64,000 nt of DNA from Oscillospiraceae bacterium (GCA_015067705.1 SVLW01000003.1:3928-67927); one strand, 5' to 3'. Shown: positions 38,979 through 48,744, numbered from the stretch's first letter. The notes: generated by a model not told the origin, from the sequence alone. A program made the numbers and translations.

Positions 38979-39194
38979 GGGCTTTTCTCATATTTTTCTC
39001 ACAAATCCGCGGCTATTCCGCCGGATTACCCTTGCAACTTGTACAAAAGCCCGGCACTTGACAGAAAGAAACCGCTTTGACGGTTTTGTACAAGGAAACG
39101 GCGCAAAATTCTGGTAACATTCACAAAAGAAAAATCTGTGTTCTCTCCCCCCATTTGTGCCGCCTGCGGCGGCCGGGGCCCCGGAGGGGACCCT

Positions 39195-39226
39195 GTATAT
39201 TTGAAACGGGGGAGTTTCAAATATAC
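39195..39226. repeat. perfect 13-bp inverted repeat with 6-nt spacer
   Basis: gtatatttgaaac (39195-39207) / gtttcaaatatac (39214-39226). Confidence 0.9.
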
Positions 39227-39228
39227 TG

Positions 39229-39276
39229 TTCCTATTCTTATTCTTGTTCTTATTCCTGTTCTTGTTCTTATTCTTG
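39229..39276. repeat. hexanucleotide tandem repeat (TTCYTR)x8
   Basis: ttccta ttctta ttcttg ttctta ttcctg ttcttg ttctta ttcttg read directly. It generates the artefactual NKNKNRNK ORF on the minus strand. Confidence 0.9.
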
Positions 39277-39480
39277 GTCACCGCTCGTCAGCGTTCGCAC
39301 CCAGCGGCTCCCACTGGCACCCGCACGCTCCTTCCAAAATCCTCTTCCACAATTTACCATTTTCAATTATCAATTATCCATTCAACAAGTGCTGCGGAAA
39401 AAGAGTGGAATTTTCCGGGAGTGGGATATGGTAGACTCTGATACGGCAAAGGCAGGAGGCGCGGTTGCCTCCTGCCGGGC

Positions 39481-40317
39481 TTATGCGGTTTTCAGGGTGA
39501 TGAGGGCGATCTCGGGCGGGCAGAGGAAGCGGAGGGGAAGCTTTGAGGTGCCAAGGCCCCGGCTGACGAAGAGATCGGCGCCAGCACGGGAATAGCTGCC
39601 CATGGGGTACTCCCGTCCCAGATACGGCAGGATCAGCTCGCCCAGGATCGGCAGGCGCACCTGACCGCCGTGGGTGTGGCCGGAGAGCATGAGGTCGAGA
39701 CCCTGACCCGCGAGCGCCGTGAACAGATCCGGCTCGTGACAGAGCACCAGGTCAAAGCCGTCCCAGGAAAAGACCGCGGGGTCAAAGCTGCCGCCCTGGC
39801 CGAAGAAGCAGTCGTCGATGCCGGTGAGGGTGATACCCAGGGCAGACAGCGTGACGCTCTCGTTTGAAAGCACCGTAAAGCCGCCGGACTCCAGAATGCG
39901 GATGCTGTCCTCTGCAGCGCCCAGGCCGTGGTCGTGATTGCCTAAAACCGCGTATTTGCCGTGGGGCGCCGTGATGGCGGAAAGGGCCTCTATGATGGCC
40001 GCGTCGTCCGCGGGGTATTTGTCGTATTCCTCAAAGAGGTCGCCGGTGAACACCACGATGTGGGGCGAAAGCGCGTTAAGCTTTGTAACCACCCGGGCGA
40101 AATCCTCCGCATCGTAGGCAAAGCCGAAATGCGTATCCGTGATCTGCGCCACCCGCAGGCCGTCCGCCATACCGGGCAGCACCGGGGAGCGCACCTCCGC
40201 CTCCGTGACGGTGAGGAGCCGGGGCTCCGCCCAGCGCATCCAGACGAAGGCCAGCACGATCAGCACCACGCACCAGAGGAGGAGCTTTGTGAGAAATCTG
40301 AAAAAGTTTGCGATCAT
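39481..40317 (-). CDS. membrane-anchored metallophosphoesterase (calcineurin-like, YkuE-type)
   Basis: N-terminal TM helix. Motifs DTHFG, GDLF, GNHD and GHTHGGQ in order. Confidence 0.85.
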   Translation of the reverse strand: MIANFFRFLTKLLLWCVVLIVLAFVWMRWAEPRLLTVTEAEVRSPVLPGMADGLRVAQITDTHFGFAYDAEDFARVVTKLNALSPHIVVFTGDLFEEYDKYPADDAAIIEALSAITAPHGKYAVLGNHDHGLGAAEDSIRILESGGFTVLSNESVTLSALGITLTGIDDCFFGQGGSFDPAVFSWDGFDLVLCHEPDLFTALAGQGLDLMLSGHTHGGQVRLPILGELILPYLGREYPMGSYSRAGADLFVSRGLGTSKLPLRFLCPPEIALITLKTA

Positions 40318-40318
40318 C

Positions 40319-41596
40319 TTATTCCTCGTTTTCCGCGATCACCTGGGCAATGGCGGCGTTATGCTCCTCGAGCGTCTCGGAGAAGATATGGCTGCCGTCG
40401 CTGCGGGCGACGTAGTAGTAATAAGACGTATCCGCCGGGTAAAGCACCGCCTCCAAAGACGCGATACCGGGATTCGCGATGGGCCCGGGGGGCAGACCGC
40501 GATGGAGATAGGTGTTATAGGGATCGTCGATCTCCAGATCCTCCGGCGTGGGGGCATGACCCACCAGATACTGCACGGTGGCGTCGATCTGGAGCCGGGG
40601 GAAGGAATCCGGCGCGGCCAGACGGTTATAGATGACGGAGGCCACGATGGCCCGCTCGTCGGCACGCTTGGCCTCGCGCTCCACGAGAGAGGCGATGATG
40701 ACCACCTCGTTCATGGTAAGGCCCAGCTCATCCGCCCGGGTGCGGAGCTTTTCCGTATACTTGGCGTCAAAGTTGGTGAGGAACTTGGCGATGACGTTGG
40801 GAGCGCTGTCGTTTTTATAGAACTCATAGGTGTCCGGGAAGAGATAGCCCTCCAGGCGCACGCGGCTGTCGCCGATGCCGGCGATGAATTCGTGGCTAAA
40901 TTCATAGCTTTCGATGGCGGCCATGAGATCCTCGCGGCTGGCCACCTGGTTTTCCACCAGGGCGTCCACGATCTGGGCGACGGTATAGCCCTCGGGGATG
41001 GTGACGCGGACGGTCTCCTTGAAGGTGGAGGTGCGGCGCAGGGAACGGGCGATGGCGCTGTAGTCCAGCTCCGCGGAGAGCTCATAGCGGCCGCTCTTGA
41101 AGGTGGCGTCGGACACGGCGCAGTAAAGCCGGAAGAGGGCGGGATATTCGATGATGCCCGCTTCCTTCAGTTGGGCCGCCACGGTGGCCGGGGTTTCGTC
41201 GGCGGAAAGCTCGATGACGGCGCTGCGGTCGGGCTTTACGAAGGCAAAGACCTCGTTTGCGGCGATGATGACAAAGCCCGCCAGGAACATGGACACGCCC
41301 AGCACAAACATGGTGTACATGGCGGCGGTGAGACAGCCGTGGGCGCGGTCGCGGTGACGACGGCGGCGGCGACGGGTGCGGCGGGGCACATCGCTCATGG
41401 TGAATTCCAGATCGTCCTCCTCCGGCATCTCCATCCGCTCGGCCTCCCGCTCCCGCTGCAGGCGTTCTTCCCTGCGGCGGCCGCGGCGATGCTCGTATTC
41501 TTCATATTCCTCGTCGGGGGCGGCGGCGCGGGGCGCATCCCCGGGCATGGCCTCGTCCCGTCGGGAATCCTTTTCTTCAAATTCGTTTGCTGCCAT
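40319..41596 (-). CDS. mltG: endolytic murein transglycosylase MltG (YceG-like)
   Basis: Charged N-terminal cytoplasmic region, one TM helix, then the YceG block (IIASLVEREAK...ASVIYNRL...YNTYLHRGLPPGPIANPG). Confidence 0.88.
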   Translation of the reverse strand: MAANEFEEKDSRRDEAMPGDAPRAAAPDEEYEEYEHRRGRRREERLQREREAERMEMPEEDDLEFTMSDVPRRTRRRRRRHRDRAHGCLTAAMYTMFVLGVSMFLAGFVIIAANEVFAFVKPDRSAVIELSADETPATVAAQLKEAGIIEYPALFRLYCAVSDATFKSGRYELSAELDYSAIARSLRRTSTFKETVRVTIPEGYTVAQIVDALVENQVASREDLMAAIESYEFSHEFIAGIGDSRVRLEGYLFPDTYEFYKNDSAPNVIAKFLTNFDAKYTEKLRTRADELGLTMNEVVIIASLVEREAKRADERAIVASVIYNRLAAPDSFPRLQIDATVQYLVGHAPTPEDLEIDDPYNTYLHRGLPPGPIANPGIASLEAVLYPADTSYYYYVARSDGSHIFSETLEEHNAAIAQVIAENEE

Positions 41597-41635
41597 TGGT
41601 TTTCATCCTTTCGACAGGAGGCGGTTTATGCGGTA

Positions 41636-42532
41636 TCACAGCACGGATACCAGCCGGATACTATATAATACCAAAAAACAGAGGGTGCCAAACGCGGAGA
41701 GCGCATTCCATCCGTTTTCTGCGGCCCGGGCGGGGCCTTTTGCAAAATGTTCCAGAATTTCGTCCTTCAGAAGTCCCTCCGTACAGCGCAGAAGCGAGAA
41801 GAGGAACACCAGGAAGCAGAGGGCCGCCGCCGCCACGAAAAAGACGGTTTTCCCGGCAAGCGCCTCGCTTGCATAGATCAGGTCGCCGGCATAGAGGGCG
41901 GCGCGGGACAAGATGCCCGTAAGCATGCCCGGCCAGAGCGCGCCGGTATCATAGGCCAGCATGCCGGAAACCAGGCCCATCAGAAGCAGCGCCGGCGCGG
42001 CAGAGGGATACACCGCCAGCATGGGCATGGCCACCGCAGTGACCAGCACCGCCACGGCGGTACCGTGGGATTCATAGAGCGAGAAGAGCGGGCCCCGCAG
42101 GAAGGCCTCTTCCACCAGGGCGGGCAAGACCACCAGGCAGAGCAGCGTCAGTCCCGGCGGCACGGTGGCATGGCGGGTGAGCATGGGATAAAGGGCGGAA
42201 AGGCCCCGGAATCCCGTACCGGTCATGCGCGCCAGCACCACATGGAGCAGGAATACGCCCAGCGCCGTGGTCACGGCGGTCAAAAGCACGAAGGAGCCAT
42301 AGACCCGGGGCGGCGCAAACTTTCGCCGCCGCAGGGACAGTCCCCGGGCACTGCGCCGCAGGAGTATCGCGGCACCCAGATAGGCAATGAGCTCGGCAAG
42401 TGCCACCAGCACGCGGGCGCCCCAGGCGCCGGGCAGCGCCAGAAGATGCCCCGTCAGCCGGTAAAAGGCCGACAGGAACAAAAGCAGCACGAATAAGCTC
42501 CATCCCGCCAGCGCGGAGGGCTTCAGGCCCAT
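41636..42532 (-). CDS. CPBP-family intramembrane glutamic endopeptidase (CAAX/Abi-like)
   Basis: Polytopic membrane protein with the EExxxR motif (LVEEAFLRGPLF). Confidence 0.7.
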   Translation of the reverse strand: MGLKPSALAGWSLFVLLLFLSAFYRLTGHLLALPGAWGARVLVALAELIAYLGAAILLRRSARGLSLRRRKFAPPRVYGSFVLLTAVTTALGVFLLHVVLARMTGTGFRGLSALYPMLTRHATVPPGLTLLCLVVLPALVEEAFLRGPLFSLYESHGTAVAVLVTAVAMPMLAVYPSAAPALLLMGLVSGMLAYDTGALWPGMLTGILSRAALYAGDLIYASEALAGKTVFFVAAAALCFLVFLFSLLRCTEGLLKDEILEHFAKGPARAAENGWNALSAFGTLCFLVLYSIRLVSVL

Positions 42533-43095
42533 AGGATCTCTCCTTCCTCGGTGATGATAGATTGGACGCGGCAGTCGTGGGCTTCCCGCGGTACGGCGTC
42601 CAGAATAAAGTCCTGAAAAACAAGCCCCATCCGCAGACCGCGGACGCGGGGCAGATAGCGGTCGTAATACCCGCCGCCCCGACCCAGGCGATCGCCCTCC
42701 CGGTCAAAGCAAACGGCGGGGATGATGGCAAGGTCGGTGTCCTCCGGCAGGAGGAGGGGTGCATCCGGATGAGGCTCCGGAATGCCGAAAGCGCCGGGGG
42801 TGAGGTCAGAACATGACGTGATGCAGTGCGCGGTCATCTCCCCTGCCGCCCCGCAGAAGGGCACGGCCACCCGTTTTCCCGCGGCAAGCGCCGCGCGGAT
42901 CAGCGGGCGGGTATCCAGTTCCCATCCGGTGCCGATATAGCAGAAGAGCGTTTCCGCCGCCGCCCAGGCGTCAGAGGTCAGCACGCGCGCCGTAATGGCG
43001 GCGGACTTTGCCGCCCGGATCTCCTCCGGCATGGCGCGGCGCAGGGCAATCACTTCCCGGCGCAGGCGGCGCTTTTCCGCGCGCACATCCCTCAT
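42523..43095 (-). CDS. 5-formyltetrahydrofolate cyclo-ligase
   Basis: Start at ATG 43095, overlapping the upstream stop as ATGA. Motifs GKRVAVPFC, GFGIPEP and DREGDRLGRGGGYYDRYL. Confidence 0.85.
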   Translation of the reverse strand: MRDVRAEKRRLRREVIALRRAMPEEIRAAKSAAITARVLTSDAWAAAETLFCYIGTGWELDTRPLIRAALAAGKRVAVPFCGAAGEMTAHCITSCSDLTPGAFGIPEPHPDAPLLLPEDTDLAIIPAVCFDREGDRLGRGGGYYDRYLPRVRGLRMGLVFQDFILDAVPREAHDCRVQSIITEEGEILWA

Positions 43096-43979
43096 GCAAA
43101 GGTCACCCGATAGCGCATATTGAGGTAGGCCGGGGCATAGGAGAGCTTTGCCTTGCGAAGGCCCTCGATGCCCATGTCCTCCTCGCGGTTGACGTAGGTA
43201 TAGCCTTCGCCGCAATACTGCATGAAGGCCTGGTTGATGGTCTGATAGGCCCCGGGGATCTCCATGGCCTTTTCAAAGTCCTCGAGAATGGTGTCCCCGT
43301 TGATGCGGGAACCCAGGGCAAAGGCGATGATCTCGCCTTTCAGGCGCAGGGCCACACCGGTCATGCCCAGTTCTTCAAAGGCGTCAAAGGCCCGGCGGAT
43401 GGCCACGGCCTCCCGGTGGAAGTCCTCGTCCGCGCCCCGGGCGGCGATCCACTTTTCTTCAAAGGCCAGTACCTCGTCCCCGTCCGCGGCAGTGAGAGGG
43501 ACGATCTCGTATTCGCCCTCGTATGTCGCCCGGAAGCGATTCACAAAGTTGCGCTTGCCGTGGAGCTTTTTGCCCCGCAGTTCCCGCAGTGCCTCTACTT
43601 CATACATATAATCCGCCTGATCCGGGCTTTCCTCAAAGGAAAGCTTTCCCGGCAGGGCGGCCTCCAGTTCGGCCTTCATCTCCGCGTTCACCGCGATCAT
43701 GGCGAAGTCTACGCCCTGCTCGGCGGCGTCGGCGCGGAGCTTCTCCACCGCCTCCGCCAGGCGATCCCCGGCGCAAAGCGGCATCTGATAGATCGTCTCC
43801 TCCGGCAGAGAATAGCGGATATAGAGCACGCCCTCCTCCCAGGCATAGGAAATGGGATAGGTCTCCTGCCAGATATAGTGGCAGACGAAGGAATGGTCAT
43901 AGAGCCGATAGGGCAGAGCCTGTAAAAAAGGTACGGCCTGCTGCCGGTCGGACAGCTCGACCTTCTTAAAATTCAGCAT
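43092..43979 (-). CDS. DUF2156-like protein (phosphatidylglycerol lysyltransferase C-terminal / GNAT-like fold)
   Basis: 295 aa. The pattern of N-terminal aromatic-rich segment plus KLHGKRNFVNRF resembles the DUF2156 family. Recalled from memory, low certainty. Confidence 0.4.
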   Translation of the reverse strand: MLNFKKVELSDRQQAVPFLQALPYRLYDHSFVCHYIWQETYPISYAWEEGVLYIRYSLPEETIYQMPLCAGDRLAEAVEKLRADAAEQGVDFAMIAVNAEMKAELEAALPGKLSFEESPDQADYMYEVEALRELRGKKLHGKRNFVNRFRATYEGEYEIVPLTAADGDEVLAFEEKWIAARGADEDFHREAVAIRRAFDAFEELGMTGVALRLKGEIIAFALGSRINGDTILEDFEKAMEIPGAYQTINQAFMQYCGEGYTYVNREEDMGIEGLRKAKLSYAPAYLNMRYRVTFA

Positions 43980-44638
43980 AAGATCACCTGATCCATGAGT
44001 TTCATAATGTCGCCTAAGATCTCTGCGGCGGGGCGCATTCCCTCCCCGTCGTCACAGCGCACCCGATGCCAGCCATAGCGTTCGGCGGCGATGAGGGCGC
44101 TCTCCCGGCAGGCCGCCAGATAGGCGGCTTTTGTTTCGTGGATGTCCCGGGTCTCTCCCCGCCGTTCGATATTCCGCATGGAGAGAGCGGGATCGATATC
44201 GAGAAAGATCACCGCGTCCGGCGCGGGCAGACCCAAAAGCCGGTATTCGTAATCAAAGAGCCAGTCCATGTAGGCAAGGCGCTCTTCTCCGGAGAGCTTG
44301 GCGCCCTGGTGGATGGCGTTAGACGTGGTGTAGCGGCCGGAGACCATGAGCATCCCGGCCTCGTACTCTTTGCCCCAGTCGGCCTTATAGGAGGCATAGC
44401 GATCCACGGCGTAAAAACTGGACGCGGCGAAGGCGTTCACGTCGCCGGGGTCGCTGCCGAAGCGGCCGGAGAGATACTGCCGCACCAGTGCGGAGGACTC
44501 GTCCCCGTAGCAGGGGAACTCCAGCCGCCGGTGGGCGGTGCCCCGGGCAGTCAAGGCATCACAAAGGAGGCCAAGCTGTGTGGTCTTGCCGGAGCCATCC
44601 AGGCCCTCCAGCACAATCAGCTTACCCATCTCATTCAC
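43973..44638 (-). CDS. tmk: thymidylate kinase (dTMP kinase)
   Basis: P-loop LIVLEGLDGSGKTTQ. Translationally coupled to thyX. Confidence 0.8.
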   Translation of the reverse strand: MNEMGKLIVLEGLDGSGKTTQLGLLCDALTARGTAHRRLEFPCYGDESSALVRQYLSGRFGSDPGDVNAFAASSFYAVDRYASYKADWGKEYEAGMLMVSGRYTTSNAIHQGAKLSGEERLAYMDWLFDYEYRLLGLPAPDAVIFLDIDPALSMRNIERRGETRDIHETKAAYLAACRESALIAAERYGWHRVRCDDGEGMRPAAEILGDIMKLMDQVILC

Positions 44639-45413
44639 CCCCGTAAAGCTTTCGCATTTCTGCCATCTTGCCGCAGCTCATCTTCCCCTCGGGGCAGGGG
44701 CCGGACAGGCAGGCGGGGCCCGCATCCCGGAAGAGGGCAGGGCTCACCTTCCGCACTTCCAGAAGCATCCGTCTGGCCAGTTCCCGGATCTCCCACTGGG
44801 CGCGGTTGCAGCAGCGCAGACGGAAGAAGTTTTTCAGCGACCGGGCATTCATGGTCACCACCATCTGGGTCTCACAGGCATTGGGCAGCACATAGCGGGC
44901 GTCTTCCGCCGCGATCTTCCGCTGGGCGGCCACGGTGGCCTTGTCCTCCCGCTTCTCCTCCGGCAGGGCGGCGAGACGCTTCTCCAAAAGCAGGGCGGAA
45001 ATTTTATTATAGGCCTCCCGCTCCGCCTCGATGATCTCATCGTAAATCGCCTGTGCCTCGGGGCAGTCGGCGATCTGGGGCGGCGTGACGTAGTCGAATT
45101 TCTTTTCGGAGACATAGCGCTGGCTCCGCACGCTGAAAGAGGCGATGCGGTGCCGCGTGATCTGGGCCAACAGCGAGCGGGACACGCCCTCAATGGCAAA
45201 GGTGAAGCTCACGTGCTCAATGGGGCTCTCATGCCCCATCTCGGAGAGCATTTCTACATATTCCGCCGCCTGTTCCTCATCAAGACGATCCATCAGCGTG
45301 GAGATGGGCAGCGTGGTATAGCAGGTTCTGGCCGCGGCAGCCACCACGAAATCGGGATTCGGGGTATGGGCAATCAGTTTCACTTCCATGGTCTCACGCT
45401 TCCTTTCGTCCAA
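44631..45413 (-). CDS. thyX: FAD-dependent thymidylate synthase ThyX
   Basis: ThyX signature RHRIASFSVRSQRY (RHRxxSxxxxSxR). Confidence 0.9.
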   Translation of the reverse strand: MDERKRETMEVKLIAHTPNPDFVVAAAARTCYTTLPISTLMDRLDEEQAAEYVEMLSEMGHESPIEHVSFTFAIEGVSRSLLAQITRHRIASFSVRSQRYVSEKKFDYVTPPQIADCPEAQAIYDEIIEAEREAYNKISALLLEKRLAALPEEKREDKATVAAQRKIAAEDARYVLPNACETQMVVTMNARSLKNFFRLRCCNRAQWEIRELARRMLLEVRKVSPALFRDAGPACLSGPCPEGKMSCGKMAEMRKLYGGE

Positions 45414-46140
45414 ACTTCAATCGGTAGAGGATCACCCGCCAGAGGAAGGCGGGCAAGCGCATCATGCGCCCGATACGCTTCGGCTCCTTCAAAAGCCGGT
45501 AAAGCCACTCAAGACCCAGCTTTCGGTAAAGAATCGGCGCCCGGCGCACATTGCCGGCAAATACGTCCAAAGATCCCCCAAGCCCCAGCATGAGGCAATG
45601 AGGCAGCGCATCCTGATGCGCCCGCATAAAGCGCTCCGCCTTGGGAAAGCCGGTGCACACCAGCATCACGTCGGGATCGGCGGCCCTGACCAGCTCCACG
45701 ATGGGGGCGTCGTCCTGGAAATATCCGTCATGCGTCCCGGCGATCAGAAGGCCGGGATATTTTTCCGTCAGGTTTTCCGCGGCCTTTTCCGCCACGCCGG
45801 GCTTTGCGCCCAGGAGATAGAGCCGTTTCCCCGTCCCCGCCATCCAGGCGATGAGTGCCTCGCCCAGCTCGATGCCGGGCACCCGGGTGAAAAGCGGCTT
45901 ACCCAGAATTTTTGCCGCGTACACGATGCCGATGCCGTCCGGCACCACCATGGCCGCATCCCGGAGCAGCGGATGCAGCGCAGGATCCTCCATGCAGGCA
46001 TAGACAAACTCCGGGTTCGGCGTGACGACATAGCCGCCCGCGCCCTGCTCCACCCGGTGAATCGCCGCGGCCAGTGCCTCTTCTTTATTCCATGCGTCGA
46101 ATCCGACGCCCATGATTTCTACTCTTGACATATGGTTCAC
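45394..46140 (-). CDS. WecB/TagA/CpsF-family glycosyltransferase
   Basis: VVTPNPEFVY...VVPDGIGIVYAAKILG...LYLLGAKPGVAEKAAENL are blocks typical of TagA-like N-acetylmannosaminyltransferases. Confidence 0.8.
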   Translation of the reverse strand: MNHMSRVEIMGVGFDAWNKEEALAAAIHRVEQGAGGYVVTPNPEFVYACMEDPALHPLLRDAAMVVPDGIGIVYAAKILGKPLFTRVPGIELGEALIAWMAGTGKRLYLLGAKPGVAEKAAENLTEKYPGLLIAGTHDGYFQDDAPIVELVRAADPDVMLVCTGFPKAERFMRAHQDALPHCLMLGLGGSLDVFAGNVRRAPILYRKLGLEWLYRLLKEPKRIGRMMRLPAFLWRVILYRLKFGRKEA

Positions 46141-46235
46141 CCAGTATATAAAGATTCAGATTATTATATCATCCCGGCCGCGCCGGTGTCAATGTCAGGT
46201 GCGGCTTTCTCCCCGTCTTCCTCCCCTGCCGCCCA

Positions 46236-46264
46236 TTGACCAAATGGAAAAAATATAGTAAAAT
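46236..46264 (+). promoter_or_regulatory. sigma-A promoter candidate for pcrA
   Basis: TTGACC (46236-46241), 17-nt spacer, TAAAAT (46259-46264). Confidence 0.55.
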
Positions 46265-46323
46265 AGGACTATCTTTGGGACAAGAGAAAAAATGAACAGA
46301 CAGTGAAATCAGGAAGGCAAATC

Positions 46324-48735
46324 GTGGACAGAGAACTTTTCAATATGCAGTACGCGGCCGTGCGCCGCGATATTATCGAGCGGGAATACCAGGGCCTCAA
46401 TGACCGCCAGCGGGAGGCCGTGTTCCATACGGAAGGGCCTTTACTGGTGCTGGCCGGCGCCGGCAGCGGCAAAACCACCGTGCTCATCAACCGCATCGCC
46501 AACATGATCCGCTTCGGCCGGGGACATGAAAGTGAAATGGCCCCCTATTACGCCGGAGAGGCAGAGCTTTCGGAGCTTGTGGATTATCTGGATGATCCCA
46601 GAGAGGAACAGCGGGCGCGCATTGCGGAGCTTTGCGCCGTGGATGCGGTGCGTCCCTGGGAGATCCTGGCCATCACCTTCACCAACAAGGCCGCCGGAGA
46701 ACTGAAAGAGCGCCTGGAGCGCGCCATCGGCCCGGAAGCCCGGGATATCTGGGCCTCCACCTTCCATTCCGCCTGTGTGCGGATCCTGCGCCGGGACATT
46801 GAGCGGCTGGGCTTTGACCGCAGCTTCACCATCTACGGCGACGACGAACATCTCAATATCATCAAATCCCTGATCCGGGAAAAGGGTCTTGATGACAAGA
46901 CCTATGCCCCCCGCATGGTGGCCAGCATCATCTCCCGGGCCAAGGACGAACTGAAAACCCCCGCCAAATTCTTAAAGGAGCACGAGGACGACTTCCGTCT
47001 TGCGAAGATCGCCCAGATCTATGCGGAGTACCAGCGCACCCTTAAGGAAGCAAACGCCCTGGACTTTGACGATCTCATCATGTACACCGTGGCGCTTCTG
47101 AATAATTTCGAGGACGTGCGAGAGTATTACCAGAAGAAGTTCCGCTATATCATGGTGGACGAATACCAGGACACCAACATGGCCCAGGATCGCCTGACGC
47201 GGCTCCTCACCGGCCCCCACTGCAATATCTGCGTGGTGGGCGATGATGACCAGTCCATCTATCGCTTCCGGGGCGCGGATGTGGAGAACATCCTGTCCTT
47301 TGAAAAGCATTATCCGGGTGCCCGGCTGATCCGTCTGGAGCAGAACTACCGCTCCACCAAGATGATCCTGAATGCCGCCAACCGGGTCATTGAGCATAAC
47401 GAGGGCCGCCGGGGCAAGGAACTGTGGACCGCAAACGAAGACGGCGAAAAGCTGGGCTTCTATCGCGCCGCCACCGAGCAGGAGGAGGCCCAGTATATCA
47501 CAAGCCATATTCTGGCCGGGTACAGTAAGGGCATGAGCCCCCGGGACTTTGCGGTACTCTACCGCATGAACGCCCAGTCAAACGCCGTGGAAAACGCCTT
47601 CAAGCGGGCGGGCATCCCCTATCGTATTGTGGGCGGCGTGCGCTTCTTCGACCGGGCGGAAGTTCGGGATATGCTGTCCTATCTTTGGGCAGTGGTGAAC
47701 CACAACGACGAGCTGCGCCTGCGCCGCATCATCAATAATCCCGCCCGGAAGATCAGCGACCGCCGGGTGGAGGATGCATTGGAACTGGCCCATCGGGAGG
47801 GCGTCGGCCTTTACGACGTGCTGCTCCACGCCCGCAGCTATAACGCCTTCGACCGGGCCGCTGCCCCCATGGAGCAGTTCGCCCAGATGCTGGAGGAACT
47901 GCGGGTCATGGCGGAGACCATGCCCCTGGACGAATTCTACGACGTGCTTTTGGAGCGCAGCACCTATAAAGAGGCGCTGGAGCGCAAGGGCGATCCGGAA
48001 TCCCTGGGCCGTCTTGAAAACGTCATGGAATTGAAGTCCAACATCGTGGACTATATGCGCACCCATGAGACCCCGTCTTTGGAGGGTTTCCTGGAAGAAA
48101 CCGCGCTTTTCACCGATATCGACCGCTATGACGAGGGCGCAGACGCCGCCGTCATGATGACGCTGCACAGCGCCAAGGGTCTTGAATTCCCCGCCGTGTT
48201 CTTAGTGGGTATGGAAGAGGGGCTCTTCCCCTCTGCCCGCTCCATGGACGAACCGGCACAGATGGAGGAGGAGCGCCGCCTCTGCTATGTGGGCATCACC
48301 CGCGCCCGCCGGAAGCTCTATCTCTCCTGCACCCGCCAGCGCACCATCTTCGGTAAGACCTCCTATAACCGGATGTCCCGCTTCATCGAGGAGATCCCCC
48401 AGGAGTACATCGACGGCCGCGTGAATGAGCAGAACGAGCGGCGCCGCACCGCCGAGCAGACGGCAGAGCGCATCGGCCGCTTCAATCCCCGCACCGCCGT
48501 GCCCGCCCCCGCCGTGGGCGTGGGCGCCCTAAAGCCCGCCCAGTCCCCGGCCAAGGCCCTGCCCCTCTACCGCGTAGGCCACACGGTAAAGCACACCGCC
48601 TTCGGCGTGGGCAAGATCACCGAACTGACCCCCATGGGCGGCGATATGCTTTTGACCATCGAATTTGAAAAAGCAGGCAGAAAGCGCGTCATGGCCAATA
48701 CGGCATCGAAGTTTATGAAGATTGTGAGTGAATGA
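46324..48735 (+). CDS. pcrA: ATP-dependent DNA helicase PcrA (UvrD/Rep family)
   Basis: Walker A AGAGSGKT, motif II VDEYQDTN, and the other SF1 motifs. In-frame GTG 46324 has AGGAAGG 6 nt upstream. Alternative starts at 46303 (GTG) and 46345 (ATG). Confidence 0.93.
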   Translation: MDRELFNMQYAAVRRDIIEREYQGLNDRQREAVFHTEGPLLVLAGAGSGKTTVLINRIANMIRFGRGHESEMAPYYAGEAELSELVDYLDDPREEQRARIAELCAVDAVRPWEILAITFTNKAAGELKERLERAIGPEARDIWASTFHSACVRILRRDIERLGFDRSFTIYGDDEHLNIIKSLIREKGLDDKTYAPRMVASIISRAKDELKTPAKFLKEHEDDFRLAKIAQIYAEYQRTLKEANALDFDDLIMYTVALLNNFEDVREYYQKKFRYIMVDEYQDTNMAQDRLTRLLTGPHCNICVVGDDDQSIYRFRGADVENILSFEKHYPGARLIRLEQNYRSTKMILNAANRVIEHNEGRRGKELWTANEDGEKLGFYRAATEQEEAQYITSHILAGYSKGMSPRDFAVLYRMNAQSNAVENAFKRAGIPYRIVGGVRFFDRAEVRDMLSYLWAVVNHNDELRLRRIINNPARKISDRRVEDALELAHREGVGLYDVLLHARSYNAFDRAAAPMEQFAQMLEELRVMAETMPLDEFYDVLLERSTYKEALERKGDPESLGRLENVMELKSNIVDYMRTHETPSLEGFLEETALFTDIDRYDEGADAAVMMTLHSAKGLEFPAVFLVGMEEGLFPSARSMDEPAQMEEERRLCYVGITRARRKLYLSCTRQRTIFGKTSYNRMSRFIEEIPQEYIDGRVNEQNERRRTAEQTAERIGRFNPRTAVPAPAVGVGALKPAQSPAKALPLYRVGHTVKHTAFGVGKITELTPMGGDMLLTIEFEKAGRKRVMANTASKFMKIVSE

Positions 48736-48736
48736 G
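48719..48736 (+). repeat. 18-bp direct repeat, copy 1 (spans the pcrA stop codon)
   Basis: agattgtgagtgaatgag is identical at 48719-48736 and 49137-49154. Confidence 0.9.
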
Positions 48737-48744
48737 GTATTCCT

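Noticed and set aside
38578-39117. 179-aa plus-strand ORF in the S10 leader/promoter region, and the other ORFs at 38988-39595
   Set aside because: They run antisense through the predicted S10 promoter and leader and through repeat sequence. They have no RBS and no recognisable motif.
39229-39276. Possible CRISPR array or coding repeat (ORF 38988-39281 encoding NKNKNRNKNKNKNRN)
   Set aside because: The repeat unit is only 6 nt with no spacers, so it is a microsatellite. The ORF is a by-product of the repeat and has no start context.
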